DNA of 64,000 nt from Calditrichales bacterium (lineage in GTDB: Bacteria; Calditrichota; Calditrichia; Calditrichales; J004), in the NCBI GenBank assembly GCA_965267575.1, contig OZ254086.1, positions 3,840,001 to 3,904,000 of the forward strand, in the 5' to 3' direction. Of this stretch, positions 58,150 to 64,000 are shown piece by piece (the first letter of the stretch is position 1; each line of letters opens with the position of its first letter). A program made the translations under genes and the position numbers. The notes under the pieces were generated by a model, which saw only the letters and a list, made by a program, of their open reading frames with translations, was not told where the DNA came from and ran no database searches.

Positions 58150-58180
58150 AAAAAAAAACTCCGGCGTTTGACCGGAGTTT
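58150..58180 (-). terminator. Rho-independent terminator after the STAS gene
   Basis: AAAAAAAAACTCCGG-CGTTTGA-CCGGAGTTT. Confidence 0.7.
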
Positions 58181-58198
58181 GATGAAATTACAATACTC

Positions 58199-58534
58199 TT
58201 ATAATTGCTCAATCGCCTTATCGACGCTATCCTCCAGACTAAATACCGAAATCAGCTTGGTTATCTTGAGCAGATTCTTAATGCGATCGGATGCGTTTAC
58301 CAGAAAAAGCTTACCACCATTGTTTTTCAGAGTGGTTACCGCATTGATCAGGATGCCCAGCCCCGAGCTGTTCATCCATTCGACATGCTCCAGATCGATT
58401 ACAATGCGCTTTTTGCCGCTATCGATAAACTGGTTGATCTGGTCGTTAATCTGGTTTGCTTCCGGCCCGCCCATAATCTTGCCGCTTAAAGCGATAATGA
58501 CGACACCGTTCTGTTCAGATACGCGGTTTTCCAT
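58199..58534 (-). CDS. Anti-sigma factor antagonist (STAS domain)
   Basis: IDLEHVEWMNSSGLGIL SpoIIAA/RsbV-type motif. Confidence 0.9.
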   Translation of the reverse strand: MENRVSEQNGVVIIALSGKIMGGPEANQINDQINQFIDSGKKRIVIDLEHVEWMNSSGLGILINAVTTLKNNGGKLFLVNASDRIKNLLKITKLISVFSLEDSVDKAIEQL

Positions 58535-58563
58535 GCTGTCTTTCCCTTTCGGGTAAAATCAAT

Positions 58564-59457
58564 TTACGCCTTTTTGCCGCGCCAGTCAGTTACGATCGGG
58601 CTGGCAACAAATATTGTTGAATATGTACCAATCACGATACCAATAATCAAGGCCAGGGAGAAAGTTCTTAATACTTCGCCGCCGAAAAAGTAAAGAACCA
58701 GCACAACAATAAGAGTTGTACCGGAAGTTACTATCGTGCGCGACATGGTTTCGTTAATGCTGCGGTTTACGAGCCCTGCCAGGTCTTTCAGGCTTTTGCT
58801 TGCGGCCTTCAGGTTTTCACGTATGCGATCGTAGACGACAATGGTATCATTCAATGAATACCCGACGATCGTCAGCACAGCAGCGATTATAGGGGCGGAG
58901 ATTTCAATATCAAGAATCGAAAACATACCCAGTGTGATAATTACATCATGCACAATCGCAGCGATCGCACCTATAGAAAATTTGAACTCAAAACGCCACA
59001 TCACATAAATCAGGATCAGGACCATGGCCCAGAAAACGGCAAGCAGCGCCTGAACAATCAGTTCCCTTCCGACCTTTGGCCCTACACTCTCCACACGTTG
59101 TACTTCAAAGGGATTGTCTGCAATACTTTGTGAAAGCGCCGTATTGATCGTTGCCGATACCTCATCGACCGATCTTTCAACACCTGTCCGTATCGAAATC
59201 TCATTTCTTTCACCGAAATGTTTTATTTCGGCGTCGCCAAAACCTTTATCGGCAATGATGGAACGAATATTCTGGATTTCCACGTTCTTTTCGAAGCGCA
59301 GGTGTAACAGTGTACCACCCGTGAAATCAATATTGTAGCGCGGACCACCATGTGCAATCAAACTTACTATGGACGCCAGAATCAGTACGGCGCTAATAAT
59401 ATAACCGGCCTTTCGATTAGGTATAAAGGCAAAATTTGCGTTTTTAAAAATATGCAT
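58564..59457 (-). CDS. secF: Protein translocase subunit SecF
   Basis: IDFTGG, VGP.VG.EL, HD and GYSLNDTIVVYDRIREN. Confidence 0.97.
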   Translation of the reverse strand: MHIFKNANFAFIPNRKAGYIISAVLILASIVSLIAHGGPRYNIDFTGGTLLHLRFEKNVEIQNIRSIIADKGFGDAEIKHFGERNEISIRTGVERSVDEVSATINTALSQSIADNPFEVQRVESVGPKVGRELIVQALLAVFWAMVLILIYVMWRFEFKFSIGAIAAIVHDVIITLGMFSILDIEISAPIIAAVLTIVGYSLNDTIVVYDRIRENLKAASKSLKDLAGLVNRSINETMSRTIVTSGTTLIVVLVLYFFGGEVLRTFSLALIIGIVIGTYSTIFVASPIVTDWRGKKA

Positions 59458-59490
59458 TCTGTTTTAACTCTCCTTATTTCGCGGCAGCAC

Positions 59491-61401
59491 TCAAATGCTC
59501 AGCTTCGTAACTGCACTCTTTTCCAGATACTTTGTAAAAATAACGCGGGTAACGATAATCGCCGTAAACATACTGGCCACAATACCAATCATCAGCGTAA
59601 CGGCAAAGCCCTTAATCGGTCCTGATCCGTAGGTAAACAGAACCAGACCTGCAATAAACGTCGTTACGTTGGCATCCAAAATGGCAGAAAATGCCTGACC
59701 ATAACCCTGGTCCACCGCGGCCCTGACTGTCTTGCCACGGTCGAGCTCTTCGCGGATACGCTCGAAAATAAGCACATTGGCATCTACCGCCATACCTATG
59801 GTTAGGATTATGCCGGCAATACCCGGCATGGTCAACGTGGCGCCAAGGGAAGCCATGACAGCCATTATGAAAATAATGTTAAGAATCAGCGCCGTATCCG
59901 CCACAAGGCCGGAAAGGCGATAATAAAAAATCATAAAAAGCATTACCAGGGCCAAACCTATCGCTGCCGAATAGCTTCCTGCAATAATCGAGTCTCGGCC
60001 CAGCGAAGGACCAACTGTCCTTTCTTCGATTATCTGAACGGGTGCGGGCAGAGCACCGGCCTTCAACACAATAGAAAGGTCATTGGCGCTTTCCATCGAT
60101 TCCATGCCTGTAATACGGGCACGTCCGTTATTAATCTTGGTTTGCAATGTTGGAGCCAGAAACACTTTCTTATCGAGAATTATGGCCAGTCTTTTGCCGA
60201 TGTTGGCACCGGTTACGCGGGCAAAAGTGCGCGCGCCGTCATCATTAAACGTAAGTGATACTTCAAACTTGCCGACACTGGCGGGATCGGCCATACTGCC
60301 GGTTTGTGGCCGGGTATCAACGATCGATTCGCCGGTCATCTCCTGCTTTTTGTTGAGAAGATAGACGGTTAAATACTCTTCCGCAGAGCTATTGGGCGAA
60401 CCAAACATAAATTCCGCACTACCCGCTTCTTCAGCAATGATTTTCTTGACTTCCGGCATTTCAATGATCTTGTTAAATTTTTCTTCATGCTCTGCCGGTA
60501 CCAGTATCTGCTGCGGATCTACCGGTGAACGGAAAAAGAGCTGTTCGGTAATCATGCTCTCCTGTTCGCCCGCTGAGGCCATTGCCGTATCCTGCTGGCC
60601 CTCTTCAACGCCAAAAAGTTCTTCCAGCGCGGTTGCCGTAGATGTATCTTCAGCAGCAACTTCCGTCTCAGCCGTCTGTGCATTGCCAGGCTTTGCCGCT
60701 GTCGCCGTATCCGGCTGGTTTAAACGGTTCTGAATAAATTCGTTTATGCGCTCAGCTACGCGAGTGGTCACTTCGGCACTTTTAACAAGCTTAAATTCCA
60801 GCAAAGCGGTTTTACCTATAAGCTGGCGCACCCGCGCGGGCTCCGTAACACCGGCCAGTTCAACGATAATACGCCGGTCTCCCTGTTTCTGGATAGTGGG
60901 TTCGGATACACCAAATTCATCCACACGGTTACGCAAAATTTCCAGAGAGCGGTCAACCGCTTCTTCCGTCTGCTCATTGAGATAAGCAATCACATCCGCT
61001 TTCTCACGGCGTTCCGCGCTGCCGAAATAGCGCGTTACCTGCATGCCTCGCTCTTCAAGCTGAGTGGCAAAAAGATCAATAAAATTTTCATCTGTTTCGC
61101 GCACAATCTCTTCAGTCTGATTAAGAGCGTCTATAAAAGGCTGGTTCTTGTTTTTAGCAAGCTTGTCCAGAAGCTCCTTGACATCCACCTCCAGGACAAC
61201 ATGCATACCGCCCTGCAGATCAAGTCCCAGGTTGATGGCTCTTGCTTTAAGATTTATTAATTCTTCCGGGTTTTCATTCTGGAGTTGTTCTTTCTCAGCT
61301 TCGCTAAGCATGCTGAGCCTGATGGTAGGGTATAACATGTACGCAGCCAGAACAATTGCTGCCACAATAAATACTACCCTCATAGTCATACTCGATTTCA
61401 T
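59491..61401 (-). CDS. secD: Protein translocase subunit SecD
   Basis: LGLDLQGG, RVDEFGVSEP, AGALPAP, TVGPSLG and GMAVDANVLIFERIREE. Confidence 0.97.
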   Translation of the reverse strand: MKSSMTMRVVFIVAAIVLAAYMLYPTIRLSMLSEAEKEQLQNENPEELINLKARAINLGLDLQGGMHVVLEVDVKELLDKLAKNKNQPFIDALNQTEEIVRETDENFIDLFATQLEERGMQVTRYFGSAERREKADVIAYLNEQTEEAVDRSLEILRNRVDEFGVSEPTIQKQGDRRIIVELAGVTEPARVRQLIGKTALLEFKLVKSAEVTTRVAERINEFIQNRLNQPDTATAAKPGNAQTAETEVAAEDTSTATALEELFGVEEGQQDTAMASAGEQESMITEQLFFRSPVDPQQILVPAEHEEKFNKIIEMPEVKKIIAEEAGSAEFMFGSPNSSAEEYLTVYLLNKKQEMTGESIVDTRPQTGSMADPASVGKFEVSLTFNDDGARTFARVTGANIGKRLAIILDKKVFLAPTLQTKINNGRARITGMESMESANDLSIVLKAGALPAPVQIIEERTVGPSLGRDSIIAGSYSAAIGLALVMLFMIFYYRLSGLVADTALILNIIFIMAVMASLGATLTMPGIAGIILTIGMAVDANVLIFERIREELDRGKTVRAAVDQGYGQAFSAILDANVTTFIAGLVLFTYGSGPIKGFAVTLMIGIVASMFTAIIVTRVIFTKYLEKSAVTKLSI

Positions 61402-61520
61402 TTAAATCAACAATCCTCCGGATATATGTTAATACAGGAATTTGCAGTTAGACATTGGTCGTTCATTTTTTACAAAAGAGAACAAATTTATGAGTACCCC
61501 CTTGTAAAGTCAAACAAAAT

Positions 61521-63536
<2,016 letters not shown>

Positions 63537-63636
63537 TCAGGGTTGCGCAAACTTAACGCTGCTCTTTCTTTTTTTCAATCAGTTAATACCGCTGCTATTG
63601 GAATTTTTTTTAGCTTTTGGTTATACTACAAGGTTT

Positions 63637-64000
63637 ATGAGAAAGTCGTTTCCCTACATGATAAAATGGCTGATATTTAGCGCTGTTTGTGCCCTCGCTT
63701 TTTCCTGCACTGACCTGTTTTCCACGCGTGAAGACCAGGTCGAAGAGCCGGATGAAGGCTCGCTCAGCGGTATTTATGAAGAACCGACCACACCCGAAAA
63801 TGTGCTGCGCAATTTTTCCCGCTCCCTGGAAAGAAAGGATGTTCCCAAATACATGGACAGCTTTGCCAACCCTTCCTTTGAAGGCGCGCATACATATCGC
63901 TTTTTTGGCGATCCGCGCTATGCCGAAGATTTTCTGCAAAGCTGGGGCTACCAGGATGAGTTTACCTATATAAATAATGTCGTCAATGGTCTGAATGACC
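63637..64000 (+). CDS. Hypothetical lipoprotein (3' truncated by window edge)
   Basis: Open frame from ATG 63637 to the window end: MRKSFPYMIKWLIFSAVCALAFSC-TDLFSTR...PTTPENVLRNF; not in the ORF track. Confidence 0.7.
   Translation, partial: MRKSFPYMIKWLIFSAVCALAFSCTDLFSTREDQVEEPDEGSLSGIYEEPTTPENVLRNFSRSLERKDVPKYMDSFANPSFEGAHTYRFFGDPRYAEDFLQSWGYQDEFTYINNVVNGLND

Overview
The window has two parts that meet at a 28-bp dif-like (XerC/XerD) site at 20003-20030. Positions 1 to about 20000 are the right part of a temperate, non-contractile-tailed (siphovirus-like) prophage whose left part lies outside the window. It carries neck and tail-completion genes, three paralogous tail-tube genes, a tail assembly chaperone with a likely -1 frameshift, a tape measure protein and a tail-tip protein. 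It also carries a block of fibre/decoration-like proteins that unusually have Sec signal peptides, holin-like genes, a metallophosphoesterase, a cI/cro/cII switch and small early genes. No integrase, transposase, replicase or endolysin is recognisable in the visible part. From about 20500 to 63500 is ordinary host chromosome, almost all on the minus strand and so transcribed toward dif. It includes csrA, leucine-catabolism-type carboxylase/hydratase genes, engB, trxA, rlpA, cobB, argD, tRNA-Arg(CCT), apt, acyP, asnS, fbp, gpsA, plsY, purM, an acyl-CoA ligase, an MrfAB-like repair pair, TPR proteins, pcrA, mltG, chorismate mutase, trpDCFBA, purA, a STAS protein, secDF and ligA. Gene content suggests an FCB-related diderm, possibly Calditrichota (inference only). 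The two most interesting candidates are a tailed prophage that may integrate at the chromosomal dif site using host XerCD, and a set of apparently exported virion-type proteins. All product calls come from motif recognition by eye; no database searches were run.
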